From Candidatus Acidiferrales bacterium (GTDB taxonomy: Bacteria > Vulcanimicrobiota > Vulcanimicrobiia > Vulcanimicrobiales > Vulcanimicrobiaceae): a stretch of 64,000 nucleotides of DNA. A program made the position numbers and the translations under genes. The stretch covers positions 37,854 through 101,853 of the forward strand of contig DATJOG010000005.1 of NCBI GenBank assembly GCA_035507275.1. The letters run 5' to 3'. Of the stretch, positions 25,392 through 34,229 are shown piece by piece. Under the pieces are notes generated by a model. It saw only the letters and a program-made list of their open reading frames with translations. It was not told the DNA's origin and ran no database searches. How positions within the stretch are numbered: the first letter of the stretch is position 1; each line of letters starts with the position of its first letter.

Positions 25392-26719
25392 ACGCCGGGG
25401 ATCGCGAAGCGCTGGCAAAACGCGCGCTCGCACGCTCGCGCGCCGATCAGACAGAGGTACGCGTCAGCAGCAGCGACGAGTCCTTGACGCGCTTTACGCA
25501 CGGCATTTCGAACCAGAACGTGGCCGCGGCCGACGTCGCGATCGCGGTACGCGCGATCGTCGACGGACGAACCGGCGTCGCGACGGCAAACGACGCGAGC
25601 GATGCGTCGATCGATGCGCTGCTCGATCGCGCGCGCGAAATGGCCTCGTTCGCGCCGCGCGACGACCTTCAACCCGCGCTGCCCGCCGGCGGGCCGGCGC
25701 CCGCACCCGCCGGCTGCTACGTGAACGCGACCGCCGCCGCCGATCCGCGTGCGCGCGCGTCGATCTGCGACGCAATCGTGACACGCGCCGAACGCTTCGG
25801 CTATTGGTGCGCGGGCTTCGTGTCGAGCGCAAGCGGCGGTACGACCATCGCAAACTCTTCCGGAGCGCTCGCTTCGTTTGACGGCACCGATGCGCAAGTA
25901 AACGTCAAAGTGACGGCCCCCGATTCGACCGGCTTTGCAGAACGCTATTCGACCGACATTGCAGATCTCGCCGGCGACGCGGTTGGCGAGCGCGCGGTCG
26001 AGAAGGCTCGGGCGAGCGCGCATCCTCGAGAAGTCGAACCGGGAACGTGGACCGTGATCCTGGAGCCCCCGGCCTTCGGCGAGCTCTTCGCCTATCTTCT
26101 CGGCCATTTCTCGGCGCAGAATTTCAGCGACGGCTCGTCGTTCTGTTCGCAGGGGTTGGACCGCACGTATTTCGACGAGCGCGTGAACGTCAGCGACGAC
26201 TACGCGAATCCGCTCGCACCGTCGATGCCCTTCGATTACGAGGGCCAACCCAAGATGCGCGTACCGCTCGTCGAAGCCGGCGTCGTGCGCAATATCGTCA
26301 CCGATAGTTACTACGCAAAGAAGCTCGACCGCCCGAACACCGGCCACGCGCTGCCTGCACCGAACACGTTCGGTCCGCAACCGCTCAATATCGTAATCGG
26401 AACTGGAACGCGCAGCACCGGCGAGCTGATCGCCGGCACGAAGCGCGGACTCCTGATCTCGCGCTTTTGGTACATTCGTCCAGTCGATCAGAAGCGCGCC
26501 ATCGTCACCGGCATGACGCGCGACGGCACGTTCCTGATCGAAGACGGCAAGATCACGGGCGGCGTGCGCAACATGCGCTTCAATCAGAGCATCGTCGAGG
26601 CGTTGGGCTCGGTCGAATTCTCGAACGTACAGCAGCGTACGGGCCAATACTCTTACTCGCTCGTCGTGCCCACTGCCAAAATCGAGAAGTTCACCTTTAC
26701 CAGCACCACGGAGTTCTAG
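25388..26719 (+). CDS. pmbA: PmbA/TldE family protein (TldD partner)
   Basis: 443 aa, paralogous to TldD but lacking HExxxH. The GTG start forms a GTGA overlap with the tldD stop. Confidence 0.8.
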   Translation: MNAGDREALAKRALARSRADQTEVRVSSSDESLTRFTHGISNQNVAAADVAIAVRAIVDGRTGVATANDASDASIDALLDRAREMASFAPRDDLQPALPAGGPAPAPAGCYVNATAAADPRARASICDAIVTRAERFGYWCAGFVSSASGGTTIANSSGALASFDGTDAQVNVKVTAPDSTGFAERYSTDIADLAGDAVGERAVEKARASAHPREVEPGTWTVILEPPAFGELFAYLLGHFSAQNFSDGSSFCSQGLDRTYFDERVNVSDDYANPLAPSMPFDYEGQPKMRVPLVEAGVVRNIVTDSYYAKKLDRPNTGHALPAPNTFGPQPLNIVIGTGTRSTGELIAGTKRGLLISRFWYIRPVDQKRAIVTGMTRDGTFLIEDGKITGGVRNMRFNQSIVEALGSVEFSNVQQRTGQYSYSLVVPTAKIEKFTFTSTTEF

Positions 26720-26727
26720 CGCTCCCC

Positions 26728-26886
26728 CTGTCATCCCGAGCGTAGCCCTGTCATCCCGAGCGTAGCGAACGCAGTGAGCGTAGTCGAGGGACCGCCATGT
26801 CATCCCGAGCGTAGCGAACGCAGTGAGCGTAGTCGAGGGACCGCCTGTCATCCCGAGCGTACGCGCGAAGCGCCGTAGTCGAGGGA
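26728..26886 (+). repeat. forward array of 3.5 tandem ~45-50-nt repeat units (TGTCATCCCGAGCGTA...GTAGTCGAGGGA)
   Basis: The units are at 26728-46 (truncated), 26747-96, 26797-845 and 26846-86. Units 2 and 3 share an identical 48-nt core. Unit 4 has a different middle (CGCGCGAAGCGCC). Confidence 0.9.
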
Positions 26887-27038
26887 GAACTCCACGGGCC
26901 GTTGCGAGGCGAAGGCTCGAAGTTTTGCGCCATTCGCAGGATGCGAACTTCCTTTGGTCGTGGCGCAAAACTCGCGCAGCAGGAGCGGCACAGGACGGGC
27001 CGCGACGAGCGTCTTCGCCGGCAACGGCCCGTGGAGCT
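26887..27038. other. unique, strongly self-complementary core of the repeat island (candidate structured RNA or MITE core)
   Basis: It contains nested inverted repeats: CTCCACGGGCCGTTGC (26890-905) with GCAACGGCCCGTGGAG (27021-36), GGCGAAG with CTTCGCC, GCTCG with CGAGC, and AGTTTTGCGCCA (26921-32) with TGGCGCAAAACT (26961-72). Confidence 0.6.
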
Positions 27039-27253
27039 TCCCTCGACTACGCTCACTGCGTTCGCTACGCTCGGGATGACATGGCGGTCCCTCGACTACG
27101 GCGCTTCGCGCCTACGCTCGGGATGACATGGGTATGCGTCCCTCGACTACGGCGCTTCGCGCCTACGCTCGGGATGACAGGCGGTCCCTCGACTACGGCG
27201 CTTCGCGCCTGCGCTCGGGATGACAGAGCGCGAGCCTACGCTCGGGATGACAG
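27039..27253 (-). repeat. inverted array of 4.5 units of the same repeat family
   Basis: The units are at 27039-82, 27083-129, 27130-80, 27181-226 and 27235-53 (truncated). All are reverse complements of the forward-array units. The last unit encodes the proC C-terminus and stop. Confidence 0.9.
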
Positions 27254-27985
27254 CGGCGAACCCGCGGCCAGCGCTGCTTTCATCAGCGTCGCGCGGAGTT
27301 TGCCGTCTTCGAGTTCCAGCAAACCGCGGATCGTGCGACCGGCGGGCGTCGTTACCTCGTGCTTGAGCGCGCCCGGGTGCGTTTCGCTTTCGAGTACCAG
27401 CCGTGCCGATCCGAGCACCGTTTGCGCGACCAGAATGCGCGCCTGTTCGTAGGGAATGCCCAGCGCGATCGCGGCGTCGATGAGTGCTTCCACCGCGACG
27501 AACACGAAGGCGGGGCCGCAGCCGCTGATTGCCGTCACGGCGTCCATCAACGACTCATCGAGTACCAGGGTGCGCCCAAGGGCGTCGAAGAGCTCGCGCG
27601 TGCGTTCCAGCGCAGCGTCGTCGCTCTCGCGGGTGCGCGCAAGCACGGTCATCGCCGACGCCACGCGAGCCGGGGTATTGGGCATCACGCGCACCACGCG
27701 GGCGCGATCCTGCGTCCACGCGCGCAGCGATCCGGTGTCGATCGCAGCCATTGCCGAGACCAGGACCTGATCGTCGCGCAAAACCGGCGCGATCTGCGCG
27801 CAGACCTCGGCGGCGTCGCGCGGCTTCACGCACACGACGACGACGTCGCTCGTCTCGGCCAGTTCGCAATTACGCGCAGAAGTCGCGCGCGTCGTCGCGT
27901 CGATCCCGCGCACGTGCGGATGGCGCTCGAATCCCCGCGCGAGCGCGCCTCCCAACGTTCCTCGTCCGATGATTCCGATTCGCAT
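27236..27985 (-). CDS. proC: pyrroline-5-carboxylate reductase
   Basis: The track ORF is trimmed to the ATG at 27985 (MRIGIIGRGTLGGALARG, Rossmann motif). It has VMPNTPA and a C-terminal dimerisation domain (VTTPAGRTIRGL). The final LSSRA and TAG stop come from a repeat unit. Confidence 0.85.
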   Translation of the reverse strand: MRIGIIGRGTLGGALARGFERHPHVRGIDATTRATSARNCELAETSDVVVVCVKPRDAAEVCAQIAPVLRDDQVLVSAMAAIDTGSLRAWTQDRARVVRVMPNTPARVASAMTVLARTRESDDAALERTRELFDALGRTLVLDESLMDAVTAISGCGPAFVFVAVEALIDAAIALGIPYEQARILVAQTVLGSARLVLESETHPGALKHEVTTPAGRTIRGLLELEDGKLRATLMKAALAAGSPLSSRA

Positions 27986-27996
27986 GATTCCCCCGA

Positions 27997-28037
27997 CAAA
28001 ATGAAAAAACGAGCCGCTCCGGTATCCGGAGCGGCTC
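27997..28037 (-). terminator. rho-independent terminator-like hairpin just upstream of proC
   Basis: A perfect 12-bp stem GAGCCGCTCCGG/CCGGAGCGGCTC with a 3-nt loop is followed on the minus strand by GTTTTTTCATTTTG. It lies 100 nt after the upstream gene's stop and 12 nt before the proC ATG. Confidence 0.6.
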
Positions 28038-28137
28038 GCTGTACGTTGCTCGACGACGCGCGCTACCGAACCGGCATCTCCCGATGCGGCTGCGGCGGGC
28101 ACGGCAGAACGTGCGCGTACATCATCGTTGGGCGATC

Positions 28138-28971
28138 TTACCCCGGGGCGCTGCGCCGCGTCAAGAGCAGGCCGGCGAGGATCGCGAGCGCACCCGCGAA
28201 GAGCACGGCGAGGTTGGGAATCGGTACGACCTCGACGGCGGCGTAGGTGAAGACGCGCGGCCGCAGGCGCAGGCCGCCGATCGCGACGCTTCCGCCGTCG
28301 GGCGCCATGCCGATGCCGTTTGCGATCGGCGCACCGGTATCGTCCTCGACGGAAAAGAGCACGACCGGTCCGCGCGCCGCAGCGAGCGCCGGCATCGAAG
28401 CCGCTTGGGCTTGCGAAAACAGTACCGCCTTGACGATGCAATGCGCGGCGGGCACTGCGAACGAATCGTACGGCAGCGTGAGCCCGGCGATGCTCTGCGT
28501 GTTCTGCATCAAGAGCACCGGTGAGAGAAAAGCGCTGCCGGTCGGCTGCGTGATCGTGAGATGCGCGCCCCGGCGATCGTACGCGTCGACGGCAACGACG
28601 CTGCGCGGCACGCTGCGAAGAAAGGCCGTCATCGTGAAGCGTACCGTCTTCACCGCCGGCGGGTCGCCGCGCGTCAAGGGAAAGACCAGCGTCGTGCTCG
28701 CTTCATCGACGCGCACGGCTGTGCCCGGCGCCCCGATCACCGTGCGCGCACCCGGTGCAAGCAGTCCGCACGCGACACCCGCGAACGCTATTGCGCCGAT
28801 CCCCAAAGCGATAAGCGGCGCACGCCACGTTCGCGCGATCGCCCAGATCCCAAACGCCGCGAGCACGACGTTGTACCAGCCGGCATGATAGAGGTCTGCC
28901 CCCGGAACGGCGAGTTGCGCGGCGACCATCGCAACGACGGCCGCGGCGAGATAGGGAGCGACGCCGTTCAC
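28138..28971 (-). CDS. membrane protein (N-terminal TM cluster, periplasmic domain, C-terminal TM; ResB/Ccs1-like topology)
   Basis: The track ORF is trimmed to the GTG at 28971 (GTGA overlap with the TlpA stop). The upstream part of the ORF is Arg/Ala-rich junk. Functional assignment is weak. Confidence 0.5.
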   Translation of the reverse strand: MNGVAPYLAAAVVAMVAAQLAVPGADLYHAGWYNVVLAAFGIWAIARTWRAPLIALGIGAIAFAGVACGLLAPGARTVIGAPGTAVRVDEASTTLVFPLTRGDPPAVKTVRFTMTAFLRSVPRSVVAVDAYDRRGAHLTITQPTGSAFLSPVLLMQNTQSIAGLTLPYDSFAVPAAHCIVKAVLFSQAQAASMPALAAARGPVVLFSVEDDTGAPIANGIGMAPDGGSVAIGGLRLRPRVFTYAAVEVVPIPNLAVLFAGALAILAGLLLTRRSAPG

Positions 28972-29501
28972 GTAGAGTGCACGGCCTGCGCCAGCGTCGC
29001 ACGCATCTGCGCGATCGTGAGCGGTCCGTCGAACCCGCGCAGAACGACGCCGTGCCGATCGATCACGATCGTCGTCGGCAGCCCGAGCGCCGCGTACACG
29101 CGGCCGTAACGTTGCGCGTCGTCGATCCAAATCGGGAATGCGATCGCGAGCGAACGCGCAAAGGCGGAAGCGCGCCGCGCGGACTCGCCTTCGTTGACGC
29201 CGACCACGACGACCCCGTCGCGCGCGAACTCGCGCGAGATGGTTTGCAGGTCCGGCATCTCCGCACGGCAGGGCGGACACCACGACGCCCACAGGTTCAT
29301 CACGACGATCTTGCCGCGATACTGCGCGAGCGAGACCGCCGCGCCGCGCGTATCGTGCAGCGCAAAGACCGGCGCCGTCTCCCCCGCCATACCCGCCGGC
29401 CCGGCCACGCTCGCGGTTTGCGAGCGAAAGAGCGGAACGAGAACGAGCAGCGCGATAGCCGCTGCGGCGGCGATCACGAGCCAGCGCACGGGCGCGTTCA
29501 C
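28968..29501 (-). CDS. TlpA/ResA-family periplasmic thiol:disulfide oxidoreductase
   Basis: Trimmed to the GTG at 29501 (GTGA overlap). It has an N-terminal anchor WLVIAAAAAIALLVLV and a thioredoxin fold with NLWASWCPPCRAEMP. Confidence 0.8.
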   Translation of the reverse strand: MNAPVRWLVIAAAAAIALLVLVPLFRSQTASVAGPAGMAGETAPVFALHDTRGAAVSLAQYRGKIVVMNLWASWCPPCRAEMPDLQTISREFARDGVVVVGVNEGESARRASAFARSLAIAFPIWIDDAQRYGRVYAALGLPTTIVIDRHGVVLRGFDGPLTIAQMRATLAQAVHST

Positions 29502-29773
29502 CAATCGCCCATCCGGTCCGCGTCGACCTCGCCCTCGAATGCAATCGTTCCGCTTGGAAGCACCGCGGCCAGCACCGGAATGCCGCGGAAGCGCACCTCG
29601 CGCTGACGCGCGGCGTCGACACCGGATTCGAAGAGGCGGCAGTAGCGCTCGAGCACGTCCGGGCTGCAGCGCGCAACCGCCGGCATCACGTTGTACGTCT
29701 GCACGAAACGATCGAAGGCGCGTTCGAATGCCTCCGGCGCAAAATTCGATCCGAGGCGCACCTCGCGCCGCAC
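29498..29773 (-). CDS. small hypothetical protein
   Basis: 91 aa with protein-like composition. Its stop is coupled (GTGA) to the TlpA start. The GTG start has only a distant GAGGAGG. Confidence 0.4.
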   Translation of the reverse strand: MRREVRLGSNFAPEAFERAFDRFVQTYNVMPAVARCSPDVLERYCRLFESGVDAARQREVRFRGIPVLAAVLPSGTIAFEGEVDADRMGDW

Positions 29774-29817
29774 GTGTTCCAGGGTCCTCTCCTCCTCTAC
29801 GGCGAAACCGCGTCCGC

Positions 29818-30681
29818 GTGCCCGCCATCATACTCGACGGCCGCGCTCTTGCTGCCGAGCTGCGCGCCGAACTCCTTGCTCGTACGAGTGCGCTGCGCGA
29901 TGCCGGGATTCATCCCAGGCTCGTCATCGTTTTCGTTGGAGAGAACGAGTCGAGCCTCGCCTACGTTCGCAATCTCGTGCGGACCGGCGAGCGGGTCGGC
30001 ATCACGATCGACGTCGACCGTCTGCCGGAGTCCGCGGCTTCCCGCGACGTGCGCGCGCGTTTGGAACGCTTGCACGGCGACGCGAGCGTGCACGGCGTGA
30101 TGCTCCAACAGCCGCTCCCGCCGCATCTCTCGATTCGCGAGATCGCCGACGCGATTCCGGTGCGTAAGGACGTCGACGGAACGCATCCGACCAATCAAGG
30201 GCACTTGGCCTTCGGCAGCGGCACCGAGTTCGTACCGGCCACGCCCGCCGCCGTCATGCTGCTGCTCGAACGCAGTCCGCACTGGCCGCTTCGCGGCCGC
30301 CGCGCGGTGATGATCGGCCGCTCGATCGTGGTCGGGGCGCCGGTCGCGCTGCTGATGCTCGCCCACGACGCGACCGTCACCGTCTTGCACAAAGAGAGCG
30401 CGAGTCTGCAGCCGTATGTGAAGATGGCCGACGTGGTCGTCGTCGCGACGGGTGTCCCCAATCTCATCGGCGGCGACGACATCGCGCCCGGCGCGACGGT
30501 GATCGACGTGGGCACGACCGTCGTCGACGGCGTTCTCAGGGGCGACTGCGATTACGAATCGATGCTGGACGTCGCCGGCGCAATCACGCCGGTCCCCGGC
30601 GGCGTCGGCCCGGTGACGAATATCGCGCTCTTACGCAACGTCGTGAAATCCGCCGAGCACCTCGCTTCGGATTCAGTTTAG
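29818..30681 (+). CDS. folD: bifunctional methylenetetrahydrofolate dehydrogenase/cyclohydrolase
   Basis: Trimmed to the GTG at 29818 (VPAIILDGRALAAELR...). It has KDVDGTHPTNQG, GRSIVVGAPVALLM and PVPGGVGPVT. Confidence 0.9.
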   Translation: MPAIILDGRALAAELRAELLARTSALRDAGIHPRLVIVFVGENESSLAYVRNLVRTGERVGITIDVDRLPESAASRDVRARLERLHGDASVHGVMLQQPLPPHLSIREIADAIPVRKDVDGTHPTNQGHLAFGSGTEFVPATPAAVMLLLERSPHWPLRGRRAVMIGRSIVVGAPVALLMLAHDATVTVLHKESASLQPYVKMADVVVVATGVPNLIGGDDIAPGATVIDVGTTVVDGVLRGDCDYESMLDVAGAITPVPGGVGPVTNIALLRNVVKSAEHLASDSV

Positions 30682-31389
30682 CGAGAAAAACTTCCCGAAC
30701 AGCTTTTCTTGCTGACCGCGATACGTCAGATCTTCGCCGTCCTCCGAGCGATTGAGCAATTCGTTGCGGCGGCGTTCGAGCAAGCGGCGCAATTGCGGGA
30801 GCAGGCGCTCGAGGAAATCGTATTCCGCGCGCAGGCGCGCCTTGGTATCGGCGAGTTCGAGCAGACGCTGTTTCACCCGTTCCGCGACTTGGAGCATGTC
30901 GCCGATCAAATACGAGGTGCCTTGCGGATCGTCCGGAAGCGAGACCGTGCTCTCCTGTCCGGAAAACTCGACCAACATCGCGAGGTACTCTTCGAAACGC
31001 TGACGGACCGCGGGCAATAGCTCCTCGACCTCGCGATCGGATTGCTGTTCGGGTTCTTCGATTTCGTCGACTTCGGCGATCAGATACGGATCGCGGCTGA
31101 TGACCTCGCGAATGCGAAAACGATTTCGCCCAACGGTTGAAATGAAATACCGGCCGAACGGCAGCGGCTGCACGTCGACGATCTCCGCAATCGAACCAAC
31201 CTCGTGCGGAAGCACGTTGGGATCGCCCGCCTCCTCGCCTTGCGCGATCAACGCGACGCCGAAGCCTTCGCCGGCTTCGAGGCACTCGCTGATCATCTGT
31301 TTGTAGCGCGGCTCGAAAATATGAAGGTTGAGCACGGCGCCCGGAAACAGCACCGAGTTGAGCGGAAAGAGGCGCAAACGCCGGCCCAT
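30673..31389 (-). CDS. LON N-terminal (substrate-binding) domain protein
   Basis: Trimmed to the ATG at 31389. LRLFPLNSVLFPGAVLNLHIFEPRYKQM is the Lon-N signature. There is no AAA+ or protease domain. Confidence 0.75.
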   Translation of the reverse strand: MGRRLRLFPLNSVLFPGAVLNLHIFEPRYKQMISECLEAGEGFGVALIAQGEEAGDPNVLPHEVGSIAEIVDVQPLPFGRYFISTVGRNRFRIREVISRDPYLIAEVDEIEEPEQQSDREVEELLPAVRQRFEEYLAMLVEFSGQESTVSLPDDPQGTSYLIGDMLQVAERVKQRLLELADTKARLRAEYDFLERLLPQLRRLLERRRNELLNRSEDGEDLTYRGQQEKLFGKFFSLN

Positions 31390-31449
31390 AGAGATCCTTT
31401 TGATTCGAGCAGGTCGGCGAGGGTTCCCCGCTAACAGGAGATCGGTACG

Positions 31450-32031
31450 ATGGTCGATCAGAAGCGCTATCTCGATGCCCTGCATCCCGAGCAGCCCTCG
31501 CTCTTGCTCGAGTTGGAGCAACACGGGCGCAAGGACGGCGTTCCGATCGTCTCGCGCGAGACCGGACGTTTCCTCTCGGTCATGGTCCACATGATGCAGG
31601 CGAGCCGCATCCTCGAGATCGGAACCGGCTACGGCTATTCGACCCTGTGGATGGCTTTGGCGCAGCCGCAGCTGGGAAAGATTTGGACGATCGATCCGAA
31701 CAGCGAGCGAACCAGCGTCGCGCTTTCGTACTTCCGTCGCGCCGGCGAAGACGATTTCATCACGATCTTCAACCAAGACACGCTCGAATGGCTCGAAACC
31801 TTTCAGCAGCGTAACCTCGACATCGTCTTCATCGACGCGGACCGCGCGCATTATCGCGAGTACCTCGATTTAGTGATTCCGATGCTCAAGCTCTCGGGAA
31901 TCGTCGTCGTCGATGATTGTCTCGTGGGCGGGCTCGACGAGTTCAACGAATACTTCCTCGCGCATCCGAGCCTCGATGCAACGATTCTCGCCGTCGGCAA
32001 CGGGACGGGCATCGGAGCGCGTATCACGTGA
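31450..32031 (+). CDS. class I SAM-dependent O-methyltransferase (family 3, caffeoyl-CoA OMT-like)
   Basis: 193 aa with ILEIGTGYGYSTLWMA and DIVFIDADRAHYREY. Confidence 0.75.
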   Translation: MVDQKRYLDALHPEQPSLLLELEQHGRKDGVPIVSRETGRFLSVMVHMMQASRILEIGTGYGYSTLWMALAQPQLGKIWTIDPNSERTSVALSYFRRAGEDDFITIFNQDTLEWLETFQQRNLDIVFIDADRAHYREYLDLVIPMLKLSGIVVVDDCLVGGLDEFNEYFLAHPSLDATILAVGNGTGIGARIT

Positions 32032-32522
32032 ACGCGCACGCGGCCGGCCCGGCCGCGTTCAAGGCGGTCATGCGCCGCCATCCGACCGGAGTCACCGTCG
32101 TCACCTCGCTGCGCGAACGCGAGCCGCGCGGGATCACGCTCAGTGCGTTCGCGAGCGTTTCAGCGCAACCGCCGATGCTGCTGATCTGCGTCAATCGCGA
32201 AGCGCGCAGCTACCTCTATATCTCGAGTTCGCGTATCTTTTGCGTCAATCTGCTCGCAGCGGAGCAGAGCGAACTTGCGGAACGTTTTTCGGGACGCGTC
32301 AAGGAACACCAGTTCGACGACATCGAGTGGTCGACCGACGTCACCGGCGCGCCGGTCCTAGCCGGTACGATCGGCCACTTCGACTGCGCGGTCGAAGCCG
32401 AGCACTATGCCGGCTCGCACTCGATCTTCATCGGGCGCGTGCTCGCGTGCGCTGCGCGCGAAGGCCGTCCGCTCGGCTACTATGAGGGCCGCTTCCGCGA
32501 CTTCCATCTCGAGGCGCCGTGA
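32028..32522 (+). CDS. flavin reductase (FMN-binding split-barrel) family protein
   Basis: Starts at a GTG in a GTGA overlap. It has FKAVMRRHPTGVTVVTS and the segment SAFASVSAQPPMLLICV. Confidence 0.8.
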   Translation: MNAHAAGPAAFKAVMRRHPTGVTVVTSLREREPRGITLSAFASVSAQPPMLLICVNREARSYLYISSSRIFCVNLLAAEQSELAERFSGRVKEHQFDDIEWSTDVTGAPVLAGTIGHFDCAVEAEHYAGSHSIFIGRVLACAAREGRPLGYYEGRFRDFHLEAP

Positions 32523-33154
32523 TCGTCGAGACCTTCTCCGTCGGTCTGCTCGCCTGCAATGCGACGATCGTCGGCGACGAAACGACGCGCGAGGCGATCG
32601 TCGTTGACGGCGGTGACGGTGTCGACGAGGTGCTGGCGCGTCTGAAGCGTCTGGGCTTGCGCGCGCGCTATCTCGTGCACACGCACGCGCACTTCGACCA
32701 TATTGCCGACGTCGGCCGCCTGCGAGAATCGACCCGCGCCCAAGCGCTGCTCCACCACGCCGACTTGCCGATCTACCGCGAGCAGCCGCGGCTGGTCAAG
32801 CTCTTCGGCCTCCCCGCGATTCCCGATCCGGTGACGCTCGACGGCGATCTCGTCGACGGCGAGCGCATCACGCTGGGCGCAACGACGTGCGAGGTTTTGC
32901 ACACCCCCGGACACACCCCCGGCAGCGTTTGCTTCGCGATCCGCAGCGACGGCGCGCTGCGCCTGCTCACCGGCGATACGCTCTTCGCGGGCGCCATCGG
33001 CCGCTGGGATCTCGGCGGAACCTCGATGGAAGACATCGTCGATTCGATTCACCGCAAGCTGATGGATTATCCCGACGAAACGCCGGTCGTTCCTGGTCAC
33101 GGCGCGTTCACGACGATTGGAAAAGAGCGGACGACGAATCCCTATCTCGCGTAG
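32519..33154 (+). CDS. MBL-fold hydrolase (glyoxalase II-like)
   Basis: 211 aa with HTHAHFDHI and HTPGHTPGS. The start forms a GTGA overlap. Confidence 0.8.
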   Translation: MIVETFSVGLLACNATIVGDETTREAIVVDGGDGVDEVLARLKRLGLRARYLVHTHAHFDHIADVGRLRESTRAQALLHHADLPIYREQPRLVKLFGLPAIPDPVTLDGDLVDGERITLGATTCEVLHTPGHTPGSVCFAIRSDGALRLLTGDTLFAGAIGRWDLGGTSMEDIVDSIHRKLMDYPDETPVVPGHGAFTTIGKERTTNPYLA

Positions 33155-33161
33155 CACGGTT

Positions 33162-34229
33162 ATGGCGCGCATGAGCACACAGACTGCAGTTCTCACCAAA
33201 GGCTATGCGGCGCCGGCCGCCAAGGCGCCGCTCGCACCCTTCACCTTCGAACGCCGCGAACCGGGTCCACACGACGTCGTCATCGCGATCAAGTACTGCG
33301 GTATCTGCCACTCCGACATCCACCAAGTTCGCGACGAATGGGGCGGCTCGAGCTTCCCGATGGTTCCGGGCCACGAGATCGCCGGTGTCGTCGAGCGTGT
33401 CGGAAGCGCCGTGACCTCGTTCCGGCCCGGCGATAAAGCCGGCGTCGGCTGCTTCGTCGACTCGTGCGGTGAATGCGCCGCGTGTACGCGCGGCATGGAA
33501 CAGTTCTGCCTGAAAGGCGCCGCCTTCACCTACAACAGCACCGAGATGGATCGCAAGACGCCGACCTACGGCGGTTACTCCGAACGTATCGTGGTCAAGG
33601 ATCGCTACGTTCTGCGCATCCCCGACGGCCTTGCGCTCGACGCCGCTGCGCCGCTGCTCTGCGCCGGCATCACGCTCTATTCACCCCTGCGTCATTGGAA
33701 TGCCGGTCCCGGTAAGCGCGTCGCGATCGTCGGCCTGGGCGGGCTCGGACACATGGGCGTGAAGCTCGCGCATGCGATGGGCGCCGAGGTCACGGTGCTC
33801 AGCCAGTCGCTGCGCAAAGAAGCCGACGGCAAACGCCTGGGCGCCGATCACTTCTATGCGACCTCGGATCCCAAGACGTTCGAACGGCTTGCCGGCAGCT
33901 TCGACCTGATCGTCAATACCGTCTCGTCGAAGATGGATTGGGACGCGCTCCTGAGCTTACTGACGATCGACGGCACCATGATCGTCGTCGGAATTCCCGA
34001 AGATGCCGTTCCGATGGACGCCGGGTCGCTCGTGCGCGGACGCAAGAGCCTGGCGGGCTCGATGATCGGCGGCATTTCCGAGACGCAAGAGATGCTGGAC
34101 TTTTGCGGCAAGCACGGCCTCACCGCAGATATCGAACTGATCCCCTTCGCAAACGTCAACCAAGCCTACGACCGCGTCGTCAATTCCGACGTACGCTATC
34201 GTTTCGTTTTAGATATCGCGACGCTCTAG
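33162..34229 (+). CDS. zinc-dependent NAD(P)-alcohol dehydrogenase (cinnamyl-ADH/YahK-like)
   Basis: Trimmed to the ATG at 33162. It has [16 protein letters not shown], the structural-zinc motif [10 protein letters not shown] and [13 protein letters not shown]. Confidence 0.85.
   Translation: MARMSTQTAVLTKGYAAPAAKAPLAPFTFERREPGPHDVVIAIKYCGICHSDIHQVRDEWGGSSFPMVPGHEIAGVVERVGSAVTSFRPGDKAGVGCFVDSCGECAACTRGMEQFCLKGAAFTYNSTEMDRKTPTYGGYSERIVVKDRYVLRIPDGLALDAAAPLLCAGITLYSPLRHWNAGPGKRVAIVGLGGLGHMGVKLAHAMGAEVTVLSQSLRKEADGKRLGADHFYATSDPKTFERLAGSFDLIVNTVSSKMDWDALLSLLTIDGTMIVVGIPEDAVPMDAGSLVRGRKSLAGSMIGGISETQEMLDFCGKHGLTADIELIPFANVNQAYDRVVNSDVRYRFVLDIATL

Noticed and set aside
26728-27253. Could the repeat cluster be a CRISPR array?
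   Set aside because: The units are directly adjacent, with no unique spacers of regular length. They occur in both orientations and form a palindrome, and no cas genes are present.
26751-27452. ORFs 26751..27056(-), 26823..27452(+) and 26902..27126(+) spanning the repeat island.
   Set aside because: They are read-throughs of the repeat units (recurrent 'RYARDD', 'LGMT', 'LDYAHCV' peptides) and of the antisense strand of proC. They show no start context or protein-like core.
27986-28441. N-terminal extensions of many track ORFs (for example proC to 28441, Lon-N to 31851, rhodanese to 57005, thiS to 57812, folD from 29194, sufS from 36850, TlpA to 29831).
   Set aside because: The extensions are Arg/Pro-rich and lack homology. 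They overlap the neighbouring gene, and a start codon in a 4-nt stop/start overlap or with an SD sits exactly where the conserved N-terminus begins.
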